A stretch of 64,000 nt of DNA, from contig OY764016.1 in assembly GCA_963667805.1 (NCBI GenBank), positions 2,346,998 to 2,410,997 of the forward strand. Reading direction: 5' to 3'. The notes below the pieces were generated by a model. The model made no database searches. It saw only the letters and a program-made list of their open reading frames with translations, and was not told the DNA's origin. Source of the stretch: Candidatus Poribacteria bacterium. GTDB taxonomy: Bacteria > Poribacteria > WGA-4E > WGA-3G. Shown here in pieces: positions 38,341 through 48,347 of this stretch. The stretch's first letter is position 1. Every line of letters starts with the position of its first letter. The translations under genes were made by a program, and so were the position numbers.

Positions 38341-39909
38341 GTGAGCATAAACAGGAAAATACCCACACCCGAAGAAATTGAAAAAGAATTCCAAGAATTC
38401 GTCCAACAGAAATATGGCGGGAGCGTCCGTTTAATTAACGCATCTGCCAGTGAACCCTCGCCTGAAGGAGAAGCAGAAGCACCTGAACCGAAACAAACCT
38501 TCGATCTGAAATTCGACCTCAAACCGAAGGAGATCAAACAATACCTCGACCGATACGTCATCAAACAGGACGAGGCAAAGAAGGCACTCGCTATCGCCGT
38601 CTGTGACCACTACAATCACGTCCGAGAATGCCACGAAGACCCAACCGCCGCGGATGCGGATTACTCCAAACAGAACATCGTCATGCTTGGACCGACCGGT
38701 GTCGGTAAGACCTACCTCATCCGACACATCGCCAAACTCATCGGCGTGCCGTTCGTCAAAGCGGATGCGACTCGATTCAGTGAAACCGGTTACGTCGGCG
38801 CCAACGTTGACGACTTAATCCGTGAACTGGTAACCCAAGCGGAAGACAATCTCGAACTGGCACAATATGGCATCATCTATCTCGACGAAGCCGACAAAAT
38901 CGCGACACCGCCAAATATCATTGGACGCGATGTGAGCGGACGCGGTGTGCAGATTGGACTTCTTAAATTGATGGAGGAAACCGAAGTGGATCTGCGTAGC
39001 GGGAACGATGTCGCCTCACAGATGCGTGCTGCTATGGAATTTCAGAAAAGCGGCAAGGTCGAGAAAGAGGTTATCAACACCCGGCACATTCTTTTCATCA
39101 TCAGCGGTGCGTTCACGGGTATGGCAGATATTATCAAGAAACGCATGCATCAAAGCAAAATCGGCTTCAATGCTGAGATTACCAGCCCAACCGATGACAC
39201 GGAAACCCAGTATTTCGAGAACATCACACCGAAAGACTTCATAGACTTCGGCTTTGAACCTGAGTTTATCGGACGACTGCCAGTCCATGTCGTTTGCACG
39301 GAACTCGGCGTAGATGACCTGTTCTATATCCTGAAACACTCCGAAGGTTCCATTATCCGTCAATACGAAAACGCCTTTCGGGCGTATGGCATCACGGTCC
39401 TGTTTTCAGAGTGCGGTCTACAACGCATCGCCGAAAAAGCGATTGCGCAAAAAACAGGGGCGCGTGCCTTAATGACGGTTTGTGAAAAGGTCTTGCGCGA
39501 CTATAAATTTGAACTCCCCTCCACCGGCGTTGAGGAATTCGTCGTCACTGCTGAAGTTGTCGACGCACCTGATGTCGAATTAAAGCGAATCACCGCGGAA
39601 CCGGATTACAACCGCAGGACGGTGATGTGTGAGCAGGTTCGCCGGTATGAAGCACAGTTCTACACAGAACATCAATTGCAAATTCAGTTCGACGCTGAAG
39701 CGACTGCGCTTATTTGTGAACGGGCGATTGCAGAGGCGCAAACAGTCCAGCAGGTCTGTGATCAACTCCTCGGAAGTTATCAGCACGGGCTAAACTTAAT
39801 TAAGCAGAACACGGGACAATCCACATTCACCTTTCCAAAGGCTGTTTTGGAAAATCCAGATCAAGTCCTCGAAGAGTGGATCCGTGAGTCGTACACCACA
39901 AAACGTTGA
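38341..39909 (+). CDS. ClpX-like AAA+ ATPase lacking N-terminal zinc-binding domain, with about 100-aa C-terminal extension
   Basis: Walker A GPTGVGKT, GYVG pore loop, Walker B IIYLDEADK, IGF loop (KIGFNA), sensor/Arg finger region collinear with ClpX; no Cys in first 90 aa. Confidence 0.7.
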   Translation: MSINRKIPTPEEIEKEFQEFVQQKYGGSVRLINASASEPSPEGEAEAPEPKQTFDLKFDLKPKEIKQYLDRYVIKQDEAKKALAIAVCDHYNHVRECHEDPTAADADYSKQNIVMLGPTGVGKTYLIRHIAKLIGVPFVKADATRFSETGYVGANVDDLIRELVTQAEDNLELAQYGIIYLDEADKIATPPNIIGRDVSGRGVQIGLLKLMEETEVDLRSGNDVASQMRAAMEFQKSGKVEKEVINTRHILFIISGAFTGMADIIKKRMHQSKIGFNAEITSPTDDTETQYFENITPKDFIDFGFEPEFIGRLPVHVVCTELGVDDLFYILKHSEGSIIRQYENAFRAYGITVLFSECGLQRIAEKAIAQKTGARALMTVCEKVLRDYKFELPSTGVEEFVVTAEVVDAPDVELKRITAEPDYNRRTVMCEQVRRYEAQFYTEHQLQIQFDAEATALICERAIAEAQTVQQVCDQLLGSYQHGLNLIKQNTGQSTFTFPKAVLENPDQVLEEWIRESYTTKR

Positions 39910-39980
39910 GAAGGGCAATCAGCAGTCAGCAGTCGGCAGGAATAGTTGTCAGCCATAAGCAGAAAGCCATAAATTAAAAT

Positions 39981-40718
39981 ATGAACACCGAACAGAAGAG
40001 ACCGCAACGTCCTGAACCCCCGAATATCCAAGAAGTCGGCGCACCCCTCGACGGGAAACCGCAGGTGAGCGATCGGCGTTTGTTTTTCCAACTCCATGTC
40101 TTTAAAGATTGTTTAGATTCTAACCGTATCGTTGAAAAACTTGAGAAGGGTAGTCTAAACGCGGTCTTATATGACGATCTAAATCATCCAACAGGCCTGG
40201 GCGTGCTTTTAGCCGCAGAGGATCCAGCAGCGTTGATAGTTGAATCACGAACCTTATTAGACGTTTCTAACCGCTCATCCCTCTCCTATCGTCCAGAAAT
40301 GACCATGACAGGTAGAACCTACTCAAGTGGTAGAGAACCGAATCTGGAAGAGTGGCTCCTCAACAAACCGCTCCAAAACGTTCTCAACCCCGATTTTCCA
40401 TGGGCGATTTGGTATCCATTGCGCCGAAGCCCTGAATTCTATCGTCTTGAACACCGTGAACGGGGTCGCATCTTAGGCGAACACGCTTTGCTGGGGCGTG
40501 GTTATGCCGCGGGTGGATACGCCAGTGACATCCGACTCGCTTGCTTCGGATTGGATACAAACGACAATGAATTCGTTATCGGAGTGGTCGGGCCCGATTT
40601 ACATCCCTTATCGCGTTTGATTCAGGACATGCGTCAAACAGAACAGACCACCAAATACATCGAATCCCTCGGTCCCTTCTTTGTTGGAAAGGTTCAAAAG
40701 CAATTTTTTAACAATTGA
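39981..40718 (+). CDS. chlorite dismutase family protein (Cld/HemQ-like)
   Basis: C-terminal motifs FGLD..., DMRQTE, LGPFFVG collinear with Cld/HemQ family; 245 aa. Confidence 0.65.
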   Translation: MNTEQKRPQRPEPPNIQEVGAPLDGKPQVSDRRLFFQLHVFKDCLDSNRIVEKLEKGSLNAVLYDDLNHPTGLGVLLAAEDPAALIVESRTLLDVSNRSSLSYRPEMTMTGRTYSSGREPNLEEWLLNKPLQNVLNPDFPWAIWYPLRRSPEFYRLEHRERGRILGEHALLGRGYAAGGYASDIRLACFGLDTNDNEFVIGVVGPDLHPLSRLIQDMRQTEQTTKYIESLGPFFVGKVQKQFFNN

Positions 40719-40736
40719 ATCTTCCTATAGACATTG

Positions 40737-40751
40737 CACCCCGCTGGGGTG
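40737..40751 (+). terminator. putative terminator hairpin after Cld-like gene
   Basis: CACCCC-GCT-GGGGTG followed by CTTAAAAGG. Confidence 0.35.
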
Positions 40752-40795
40752 CTTAAAAGGAATTCCTTCTTGAACCCCGGAGGGGTGATATGTCT

Positions 40796-40832
40796 GTAGA
40801 GGAACGGTGACCAGATGCCCATAGTTTAAAAT
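40796..40832 (+). promoter_or_regulatory. conserved ~40-nt 5' leader (family 3) upstream of GldF-like permease
   Basis: GTAGAGGAACGGTGACCAGATGCCCATAGTTTAAAAT-ATG; about 75% identical to 48348..48385. Confidence 0.5.
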
Positions 40833-41558
40833 ATGAGAAATATTCTTGCAGTTTGCACAAAAGAACTCTATACCTATTTCGTTTCACCGATCGCCTATTT
40901 CGTCTGTTTCGTCTTTACAGCGATTTCGGGCTTCCTGTTCTCCATCCTGCTCATCAGTGCGAGCAACGTTGGCGGGACCGGCGGATACGTGATGGAAACC
41001 CTCTTCGGTAACATGGCGATTGTCTTACTCTTTTTCACGCCAGTGCTGACAATGAAACTCTTTGCAGAAGAACGGAAATCGGGAACGATCGAACTACTCC
41101 TTACCTCCCCAATCACAGACGGACAAGTGGTTCTCGGCAAATTCTTTGCGAGTTGCACATTGGTCCTGATTATGCTTGGCTTAACGCTTCTATTTCCACT
41201 CTTAACCCAACGTTTCGGTTATTTGGACAGTGGACTCCTCATCAGCGGTTATTTGGGTATCATCCTCATTAGTTCTTCATTTCTATCATTAGGTTTACTG
41301 ATGTCGTCAATGTGTAAAAACCAACTCGTCGCTGCATTGACGAGTTTCGGTATCCTCATAACATTATGGGTGATCGGCTCGCTCTCAGCGCGTGGTGGAC
41401 CGATAGCGAAATTCCTGAGTTATCTGTCGTTACCTGAACACTACCGAGATTTCTCACGCGGTATCATCCTGTTGAAAGATGTTATTTACTACATCAGTTT
41501 CACATGTGTCTGCTTATTTGCGACATTCAAGTCGATTGAATCATCAAAATGGAGATAG
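40833..41558 (+). CDS. ABC-2 type transporter permease (GldF-like)
   Basis: 241 aa, 6 TM, ABC-2 pattern, followed by GldG-like gene. Confidence 0.7.
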   Translation: MRNILAVCTKELYTYFVSPIAYFVCFVFTAISGFLFSILLISASNVGGTGGYVMETLFGNMAIVLLFFTPVLTMKLFAEERKSGTIELLLTSPITDGQVVLGKFFASCTLVLIMLGLTLLFPLLTQRFGYLDSGLLISGYLGIILISSSFLSLGLLMSSMCKNQLVAALTSFGILITLWVIGSLSARGGPIAKFLSYLSLPEHYRDFSRGIILLKDVIYYISFTCVCLFATFKSIESSKWR

Positions 41559-41561
41559 AAC

Positions 41562-43157
41562 ATGGAAGCCAATAAAAGGGTTACAGGCCCACTTCTCGGT
41601 TTTCTAACGCTCATCTTCAGTTTTATTGCGATCGCCAGCTGGGTCTTTCAAGCGCGGCTCGTTTTTTGGATCTGCCTCTTGCTCGCACTTGTCTCACTCG
41701 CCATTTTCGCACGCCTGCGATTTGCGGACTTCATGAATTTCTTCATCAGTCGCCAAGCGCGTTACGGAGCGAACGTGGCTTTGAGTATCGTTGGGGTTAT
41801 CGGCATTTTGGTTTTTGTTAACGCCATTGTTATCCGGCAGTTCGATAAACAGATAGATTTAACGAAGCTGCAGCTTTACACGCTTTCGGAACAAACGAAA
41901 ACCGTTCTCAAAGACCTGAAAAAGGAAATTCAGGTCATCGCGTTTTTCAGCGACGACACCTCACAATCAGCGGCTCGTGCGAAAGATATATTAGAATTGT
42001 ACCAGCGCGAAACTGATTTTATAACTTTTACATTCAAAAATCCTTACATAGATCTTCAACTGAGCAACAAGTATCAACTGAGATACGATGGAACCATTAT
42101 TTTCGACACCGAAGACCGACACGAAAAAGTGACCACCGTTGAGGAGCAGAAATTCACGAGTGCCATTCTCAAACTCATCCGAGATGAAACGAAAAAGGTC
42201 TACTTCCTTGTGGGGCACCAAGAACATGGCATCAATGACTTCAATAACGACGGATATAGTGAAGTGCGGACAGAATTAGAGAACCAGAACTATGCCGCGT
42301 TTCCCCTCTCGCTCTTGATAGAACCGGACATCCCGGGAGATTGTGAATTGCTCGTCATTGCGGGTCCAAGAACCGCCTTGACGGCTAATGAAATTGGCAT
42401 AGTCGGGAAATACTTAAGACGTAGCGGAAAATTGTTTTTGATGCTCGATCCATCGGACACTGCTGCAGAAGACGTGAACAGAGGGCTCGTTCGACTTATG
42501 CGGAGATGGGGAATTGCGATAGGCAACGACCTTGTCATCGATGAGACGCAGTTCGTCCCGTTGTTCGGACCCAAGGCACCGGTCCCAGGATTTGAACTGC
42601 ACGAGATTACACGCGCTATGCGGGATCCCGTAGCATTCCCTGTGACCCGTTCTGTCACGCCTATAGCAGACAGAGCCTCGAACCTAAGCGTCAAATCGCT
42701 TGCCAAAACCGTTGGTGGGACAGACGACAGCTGGGGCGAAAAGCAACGCGACACGGATGGCACCTTCAGCGGTTCGTTTACCTATACGCCCGGGACAGAC
42801 ACGCCGCCCCCGGTATCTATTGCCGTTGCTGCTGAGCAAAAAGTCGATCAAAATAGCGACAGGGATGCCTCACGCGGTCCAACCCGAATCGTCGTTTTCG
42901 GGGACTCAGATTTCGCAGCGAATGCCGCTTTCAGAGAGGCGAACCGCGACCTCTTTCTCTCTACAATCAACTGGCTGACATTAGAGGAGGATCTTATCGC
43001 GATCCGTCCTATCGACTTACAGGGACAAACGCTGCGCCAAATGCGCATTCACGACACACGTTTAGTGCAAATAACATCTGTTTTCCTGATACCTTCAATC
43101 GTCTTTATCGCTGGACTCATGGTTTGGTGGCAACGCCGTAAAGGAGAGGACGCGTGA
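41562..43157 (+). CDS. GldG-like ABC-type transport auxiliary component
   Basis: N- and C-terminal TM anchors with large periplasmic domain, 531 aa, canonical position after ABC-2 permease. Confidence 0.65.
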   Translation: MEANKRVTGPLLGFLTLIFSFIAIASWVFQARLVFWICLLLALVSLAIFARLRFADFMNFFISRQARYGANVALSIVGVIGILVFVNAIVIRQFDKQIDLTKLQLYTLSEQTKTVLKDLKKEIQVIAFFSDDTSQSAARAKDILELYQRETDFITFTFKNPYIDLQLSNKYQLRYDGTIIFDTEDRHEKVTTVEEQKFTSAILKLIRDETKKVYFLVGHQEHGINDFNNDGYSEVRTELENQNYAAFPLSLLIEPDIPGDCELLVIAGPRTALTANEIGIVGKYLRRSGKLFLMLDPSDTAAEDVNRGLVRLMRRWGIAIGNDLVIDETQFVPLFGPKAPVPGFELHEITRAMRDPVAFPVTRSVTPIADRASNLSVKSLAKTVGGTDDSWGEKQRDTDGTFSGSFTYTPGTDTPPPVSIAVAAEQKVDQNSDRDASRGPTRIVVFGDSDFAANAAFREANRDLFLSTINWLTLEEDLIAIRPIDLQGQTLRQMRIHDTRLVQITSVFLIPSIVFIAGLMVWWQRRKGEDA

Positions 43158-45004
43158 ATTTCAGGACGACCCTTATCATCATCGTTCTCCTCGTAGGCAT
43201 TGCAGGCGCGTATTTTCTATTTTTTCAGCAATCGCCAGAGAACGCATCAACACGCGAAAGGCCGCCGATCCACCAGGTTTACGGTATAACGCGAGAACAG
43301 GTCCAACAGATGGAAGTCACGTTCACGGATACGGCATATCAAGATCTGAAATTGGTAAAAGACGCAACGGGGCACTGGCACCTAAAAAATCCATTTCAGG
43401 CAGATGCCAACAGTGAAAAAGTGAACCAAATGTTAGACGACATACTCAATAAACGCGTCAAGCAGACGCTTGCGGTAACAGCGTTGGCACAATACGGGTT
43501 GGATATCCCCAGCATCACACTTTCACTGTGGACAGAACAGGCATCACCCGCAGCCGTCTTTTCTATCGGTAAGAAAGCGATTAATTTCTCCGTCTATGTC
43601 AAAGAAAAATCCGAAGCACATATCTTTCTGATCGAATCCAGTGCGCTTGACGATCTGACGAAATCCCCGACAGACCTCCGGGACCGGTCGGTTATTAAGT
43701 TCAACACAGAAACGGTGTCCAACATTCAGTTGACGTATTTTAAGAATCGTCAGTTAAAAGGCAAACCTGTTAAAATAGAACCATCTTTAACCGACACCTA
43801 TAAAACCCTTAATTGCGAAAAGCGAGACGGGACATGGCGCGTCACACATCCCATCAAAGCAAAAGCGGATACCCAAGAAATTGAGGATATTCTTTCGGAA
43901 TTGCGTTTATTGCAAGTGTCGACATTTGAAGCCGACCAAGCAGACGCTGATACCCCAGCGCAATTAGAAAAGACCGGGTTAGACACGCCACGCATCCAGA
44001 TAGAATTGACAGATGGAAATAACACCCACGCGCTTGACATCGGGGCAGAAGTCCCACCAGAAAATAGGACTCCCGGACACGTCTACGTCAAATCCGTTCA
44101 CCAACGCGCTATCTACACCGTTAGCGACGACATTTATCAACTTCTCAGCACATCTGTTTTCGATCTGCGCGATAAAAGGATTATAGACTTTCAACGCACG
44201 GATACGATCCGCATCGAAATCAGACGGGGTCAGGAGACAACTGTCTGCTCCAAGAACCGTGATAACGTATGGGAATTACAAACGCCGACAGGAACAATGA
44301 AGGCAGATGCCCAAGCGGTGGACGATCTGCTGTTTGGCGTGGATTCCCTCGAAGCCGCTGCTTTCGTCGACAATCCTGCTAAAAACCTTGCGTCCTACGG
44401 CTTAGCGTCACCGTCAATTGCGGTTGCCTTTACGCAACGGGGTCAAGAAAAACCAGCGGTGTTGCGTATTGGAGACACTACCAAAGACGGAACTGTTTAC
44501 GTTAAAGCCGAGCAATCCGATCAAGTTGTCCGTGTCGAACGTGGCTTAATCGACAAGATTGCGCTCGGTGCGGCATGGTTAAGAGATAAACAAGTTCTCA
44601 ACTTCCACATTGATGACGCGATTCGGTTCACCTTGCACGGAGAAGAATCGCTGACATGCCAACGCCTCGGGACGAACTGGCGACTCACCTCACCTGTGAA
44701 AGAAGAGGCGAACAACACGGAAGTTAACGCTATCATCTACGAACTCGACGATCTGAGGGCAGACACTTATGTACCGAGCGAACCTGTACTCACTGATGCG
44801 GTTACAGGTTTCAGCACCCCGCAGCTCCAGATTACCGTAGAATTGCGAAATCGGAAGGTATATACCCTGCAAGTTGGAAACCAGACGGAGGCATCCGGAC
44901 GTTTTTACGCACGACTTCAACACGAACCGAATTTGATCTTTCTGCTCAACGCAGAACTCGTTCCGAAACTGAAAACAACACTTACACAGCTCCGGATGCC
45001 GTAG
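43154..45004 (+). CDS. DUF4340 domain protein
   Basis: N-terminal TM then repeated beta-rich units; DUF4340 genes typically follow GldG-like genes; start overlaps upstream stop (GTGA). Confidence 0.55.
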   Translation: MNFRTTLIIIVLLVGIAGAYFLFFQQSPENASTRERPPIHQVYGITREQVQQMEVTFTDTAYQDLKLVKDATGHWHLKNPFQADANSEKVNQMLDDILNKRVKQTLAVTALAQYGLDIPSITLSLWTEQASPAAVFSIGKKAINFSVYVKEKSEAHIFLIESSALDDLTKSPTDLRDRSVIKFNTETVSNIQLTYFKNRQLKGKPVKIEPSLTDTYKTLNCEKRDGTWRVTHPIKAKADTQEIEDILSELRLLQVSTFEADQADADTPAQLEKTGLDTPRIQIELTDGNNTHALDIGAEVPPENRTPGHVYVKSVHQRAIYTVSDDIYQLLSTSVFDLRDKRIIDFQRTDTIRIEIRRGQETTVCSKNRDNVWELQTPTGTMKADAQAVDDLLFGVDSLEAAAFVDNPAKNLASYGLASPSIAVAFTQRGQEKPAVLRIGDTTKDGTVYVKAEQSDQVVRVERGLIDKIALGAAWLRDKQVLNFHIDDAIRFTLHGEESLTCQRLGTNWRLTSPVKEEANNTEVNAIIYELDDLRADTYVPSEPVLTDAVTGFSTPQLQITVELRNRKVYTLQVGNQTEASGRFYARLQHEPNLIFLLNAELVPKLKTTLTQLRMP

Positions 45005-45024
45005 CCATTTTCTGTTAAACAAAA

Positions 45025-45100
45025 CTGTAGCCTGCAACAATACGCAGATAAACACTATTTATCCGATCTACCTTATCGAACCGCAAGGTAAATTAGAAAT
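45025..45100 (-). repeat. intergenic repeat family 1, short copy (D ... A), module A abuts ATG 45101
   Basis: CTGTAGCCTGCAACAATACGCAGATAAACAC ... CGAACCGCAAGGTAAATTAGAAAT-ATG. Confidence 0.7.
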
Positions 45101-46309
45101 ATGCAGACCTATCTTATCGCAACCGCTTACTTTTTCGTTATCATTGAACTGCTAATTATTAGTAGGTCCTTTCGGTACGCTCGGCGCGAACGTAAGGCGG
45201 ATCGACCGACCTATACCCCCAAGGTGGCAGTCATCGCGCCGCACTATGGATGGGATGCCGACACAGTAGAACACGCCAAAGGACTTTTGTATCAAACCTA
45301 TGCCGGTGAGTATGAAGTCTTCTTCGTCACACATCAGAAAGCGGACGTCGGACACGATGTCTCTTATCCACATCTATGTGAAATTGCTGAGGCACATCCA
45401 CATGCGCACGTGCTGTTAGCACCGAACATCGTTGAAAACAACCTTCCACGCTCACAAAAGGTGCAGAATCTCATCACAGCGATAGAAAAACTCCCAGACG
45501 ATATCGAAGTCATCGCGTTTGTAGATGCCGATGTTGATATCCGAGAGGATTGGTTAACGCTGCTTGTGAATCCACTTCAAGAACCCGACATAGGGACAAC
45601 CGTAGGGGGACGTTTCTATTTTCCACAAACATGGAATATCGCATCTCTGGTGGAAGCCATCTGGGTAAACTTCCAGATGAGTTTCCAAGGCGATCATCCG
45701 CTTTCAATGGTCTGGGGTGGCTCTAATGCCTTCCGACGCGAGATGCTTGAGAAGGCACACATCCTTCAACGCTGGGAAGAAGCAACCATCGAAGACCTGA
45801 ATACGACCCTTGCCATGCGAGATGTTAAACACAAGGTGCATTTTGTCCCAGACTGCGTAGCGATTACACGCACCTCCAATCGGACATGGCACCAAATTGT
45901 GGAATTCACGAACCGCCAGCTGATTATGACCTTCCACATGGGACTTTGGCGGCAGTGGCTCGCGAGCCTCATTGTACTTCTACCGAAAGGTCTCTGTGTA
46001 TTCGGAGCGATTCCACTTCTATTCTATCGTGAAGGGGTGCTACCGATTGTTTTTATCCCATTTCTGGAAGCATTTGGTTACAGGCTCTACGCCAAAAATC
46101 TACCGAAGTGGCTTCGCGAAATGCCGAAGATGCGGGAGACAATTGGCATCACCTCTTATGTGACTTCAGTTTCGCTACTTCTCGGAGGCATCAACGCCCT
46201 CTATGCAGTATTCCAACGCAAAATCACCTGGGGTGGGGTGCGCTATGAAATCTTGTCTGCGACGAAATGTCGGGTTTTAGGCGCCGTAAAACCCAAAGAC
46301 TTTGGTTAA
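45101..46309 (+). CDS. glycosyltransferase family 2 (ceramide glucosyltransferase / HpnI-like)
   Basis: N-terminal TM, DxD region (FVDADVDI), C-terminal TM helices; start preceded by module A with 11-nt spacing. Confidence 0.6.
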   Translation: MQTYLIATAYFFVIIELLIISRSFRYARRERKADRPTYTPKVAVIAPHYGWDADTVEHAKGLLYQTYAGEYEVFFVTHQKADVGHDVSYPHLCEIAEAHPHAHVLLAPNIVENNLPRSQKVQNLITAIEKLPDDIEVIAFVDADVDIREDWLTLLVNPLQEPDIGTTVGGRFYFPQTWNIASLVEAIWVNFQMSFQGDHPLSMVWGGSNAFRREMLEKAHILQRWEEATIEDLNTTLAMRDVKHKVHFVPDCVAITRTSNRTWHQIVEFTNRQLIMTFHMGLWRQWLASLIVLLPKGLCVFGAIPLLFYREGVLPIVFIPFLEAFGYRLYAKNLPKWLREMPKMRETIGITSYVTSVSLLLGGINALYAVFQRKITWGGVRYEILSATKCRVLGAVKPKDFG

Positions 46310-46397
46310 GGTTCAAAAGGCGTTTGCGTTTTTTTTCATAATGTAGTATAGTATTGATGTAGGAAACTCACTACATTCATCAGAGGAGCGAAAAATA

Positions 46398-46811
46398 GTG
46401 GAAACCGAAAAAGTTATTAAATCGGAAAAAGAGTGGCAGGCACAACTCTCACCGGAAGAATATAAGGTAACTCGGAAGAAAGGGACCGAACGCGCCTTTA
46501 CAGGAAAATACCACGATTGCAAAGAGAAGGGCACCTATCACTGCATCTGTTGCGGAAGCCCACTTTTTAGTTCCGAAACCAAGTACGATTCTGGAACAGG
46601 GTGGCCCAGTTTTTGGGATGCTGTCTCCCCGGAATCCATTGAGACGAAATCGGATTTCAGTATCTTTTTTATGCCGCGCACCGAAGTCGTCTGTAGCCGG
46701 TGTGACGCACACCTCGGACACGTTTTTAACGATGGACCGTCGCCGACAGGTAAACGTTACTGCATGAATTCCGCGGCACTTACACTGGTAAAACCAGAAA
46801 ACGAATTCTAA
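46398..46811 (+). CDS. msrB: peptide-methionine (R)-S-oxide reductase
   Basis: Two CxxC pairs (zinc) and catalytic RYCMNSAAL motif; GTG start. Confidence 0.85.
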   Translation: METEKVIKSEKEWQAQLSPEEYKVTRKKGTERAFTGKYHDCKEKGTYHCICCGSPLFSSETKYDSGTGWPSFWDAVSPESIETKSDFSIFFMPRTEVVCSRCDAHLGHVFNDGPSPTGKRYCMNSAALTLVKPENEF

Positions 46812-46965
46812 ATCCTGTCGTTTAAGAATTATCGGTATCAGCCAAAAGTTTCGTTCAGTGCAATTTACCCTCTCTTGTTGGACACCCCAGAGCGGTGAAT
46901 TATCATAGAGAAACCTCTTACTGAAAACTGACAACCGATAACTGATAACTCATAAAGGAGCATTG

Positions 46966-48186
46966 ATGGCACTACGTAGTCGAATCTCACCACGGTTTTT
47001 TGTCAATGAACTCGCCAGTGCTATGTCGGAAGATTGGGATACCTCCAGCAAGTTCGTTCGCTATCAACTCGCCAAGGAAAGTTTCAACTGGCGACACCCA
47101 CTCGGTGCCAAACACGGCAAAGGCGACGCTATTCAACTGGTGAGCCTCCGTATTACCGATATGTGCAACCTCCGTTGCCATTCCTGTGGACAATGGGGCG
47201 ATAACGGATACCTACTTGGAAAGTCCATGAAAGAGCTGAAGCAGCGCGAGGTTCCGGTTGAAGTGTATAAAAACCTTGTGGATCAGATTGTGGATGAAGG
47301 CTGGTCTCCGGTGTGGTACATCTGGGGCGGTGAACCCATGCTGTATCCGGGCATCATCGAATTGATGCACTATATCAAAGAGCGAGGCATGCCTATATCA
47401 CTGGTGAGTAACGCAACGAACATCGCCAGACGCGCCGACGATATTTTGGAAACCTGTAAAATTATCTACCTCAGTGTTGATGGACCGAACGAGGAAGTTC
47501 ACAATACACAACGTCCCGGTCTAACGCCAAACTACGATAACTTTAAAGACGTCAAGGCTGCATTAGAAACACTTAGTGCCGCAAAAGAGAAACGGAATAT
47601 AAAGTTTCCTTATATTATTCCCCTCAGCTGCGTCACGATGTATAACATTGACGTTGTCGTAGATCTCTATAAATTCACGCATCAATACGCAGACGCGCAA
47701 ATCTTTTACTTGACCTGGTGGATAGATTCCGAATCGGCACAGGAACACACAGAAGATTTCGAGAAACGCTTCGGGTTCAAACCGCAAACCCATTACGGTT
47801 GGATAGGCACATGGAAAGACTTCGATCACGGTGTCATCTTGGATCGTTTTGAAGAGATGGAAAGCATCTCCAACGAAAAGAGACGCTGTCCTCCGATCAT
47901 GATGCCGCGACTCAACACACGCGGTGAGATTCAACGGTATTACACAGATCACGATCAAACCTTTGGATATAATCAGTGTGTCAGTATCTATATGACAATG
48001 GAAATCGATAGCAATGGTGACGTTAGCCTCTGTCGCGATTACCACGACTATATCATCGGCAATATCAAAACGGATAAGGTCGTTGATATGTGGAACAACC
48101 AGAAGGCGATGAAATTTCGGCAGTCGGTGAGTAACGATGGACCGATGCCCGTCTGTCGCCGCTGCTGCGGACTCATGGGTTTTTAA
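46966..48186 (+). CDS. radical SAM / SPASM domain protein
   Basis: CNLRCHSC (CX3CX2C) radical SAM cluster motif at residues about 68-75, GGEPMLYP SAM-binding, Cys-rich C-terminus (CRDYHDY...CRRCCG) typical of SPASM/twitch; TAA stop inside module A. Confidence 0.7.
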   Translation: MALRSRISPRFFVNELASAMSEDWDTSSKFVRYQLAKESFNWRHPLGAKHGKGDAIQLVSLRITDMCNLRCHSCGQWGDNGYLLGKSMKELKQREVPVEVYKNLVDQIVDEGWSPVWYIWGGEPMLYPGIIELMHYIKERGMPISLVSNATNIARRADDILETCKIIYLSVDGPNEEVHNTQRPGLTPNYDNFKDVKAALETLSAAKEKRNIKFPYIIPLSCVTMYNIDVVVDLYKFTHQYADAQIFYLTWWIDSESAQEHTEDFEKRFGFKPQTHYGWIGTWKDFDHGVILDRFEEMESISNEKRRCPPIMMPRLNTRGEIQRYYTDHDQTFGYNQCVSIYMTMEIDSNGDVSLCRDYHDYIIGNIKTDKVVDMWNNQKAMKFRQSVSNDGPMPVCRRCCGLMGF

Positions 48187-48204
48187 TTCTACCTTGCGGT
48201 TCGG
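48181..48204 (+). repeat. repeat family 1, solo module A containing TAA stop of radical SAM gene
   Basis: TTTTAATTCTACCTTGCGGTTCGG with TAA at 48184..48186. Confidence 0.65.
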
Positions 48205-48347
48205 TTAGGATAAACTGGTAACTGGTAAGTTTTTAATTTTGGAGTACTGATCTGCCTTCCACTGCATTTCAGGCAGATTCTTGGTGCAATTCGCACGGGG
48301 TATGTTCCCTGAAACCCTTTCGTACTTAACCAGAAACCATCGCGAAA

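Noticed and set aside
45101-48186. Hopanoid-associated hpnI/hpnJ-like pair (GT2 plus radical SAM)
   Set aside because: The radical SAM protein lacks the B12-binding domain of HpnJ. The two genes are separated by msrB, and there is no shc or hpn context.
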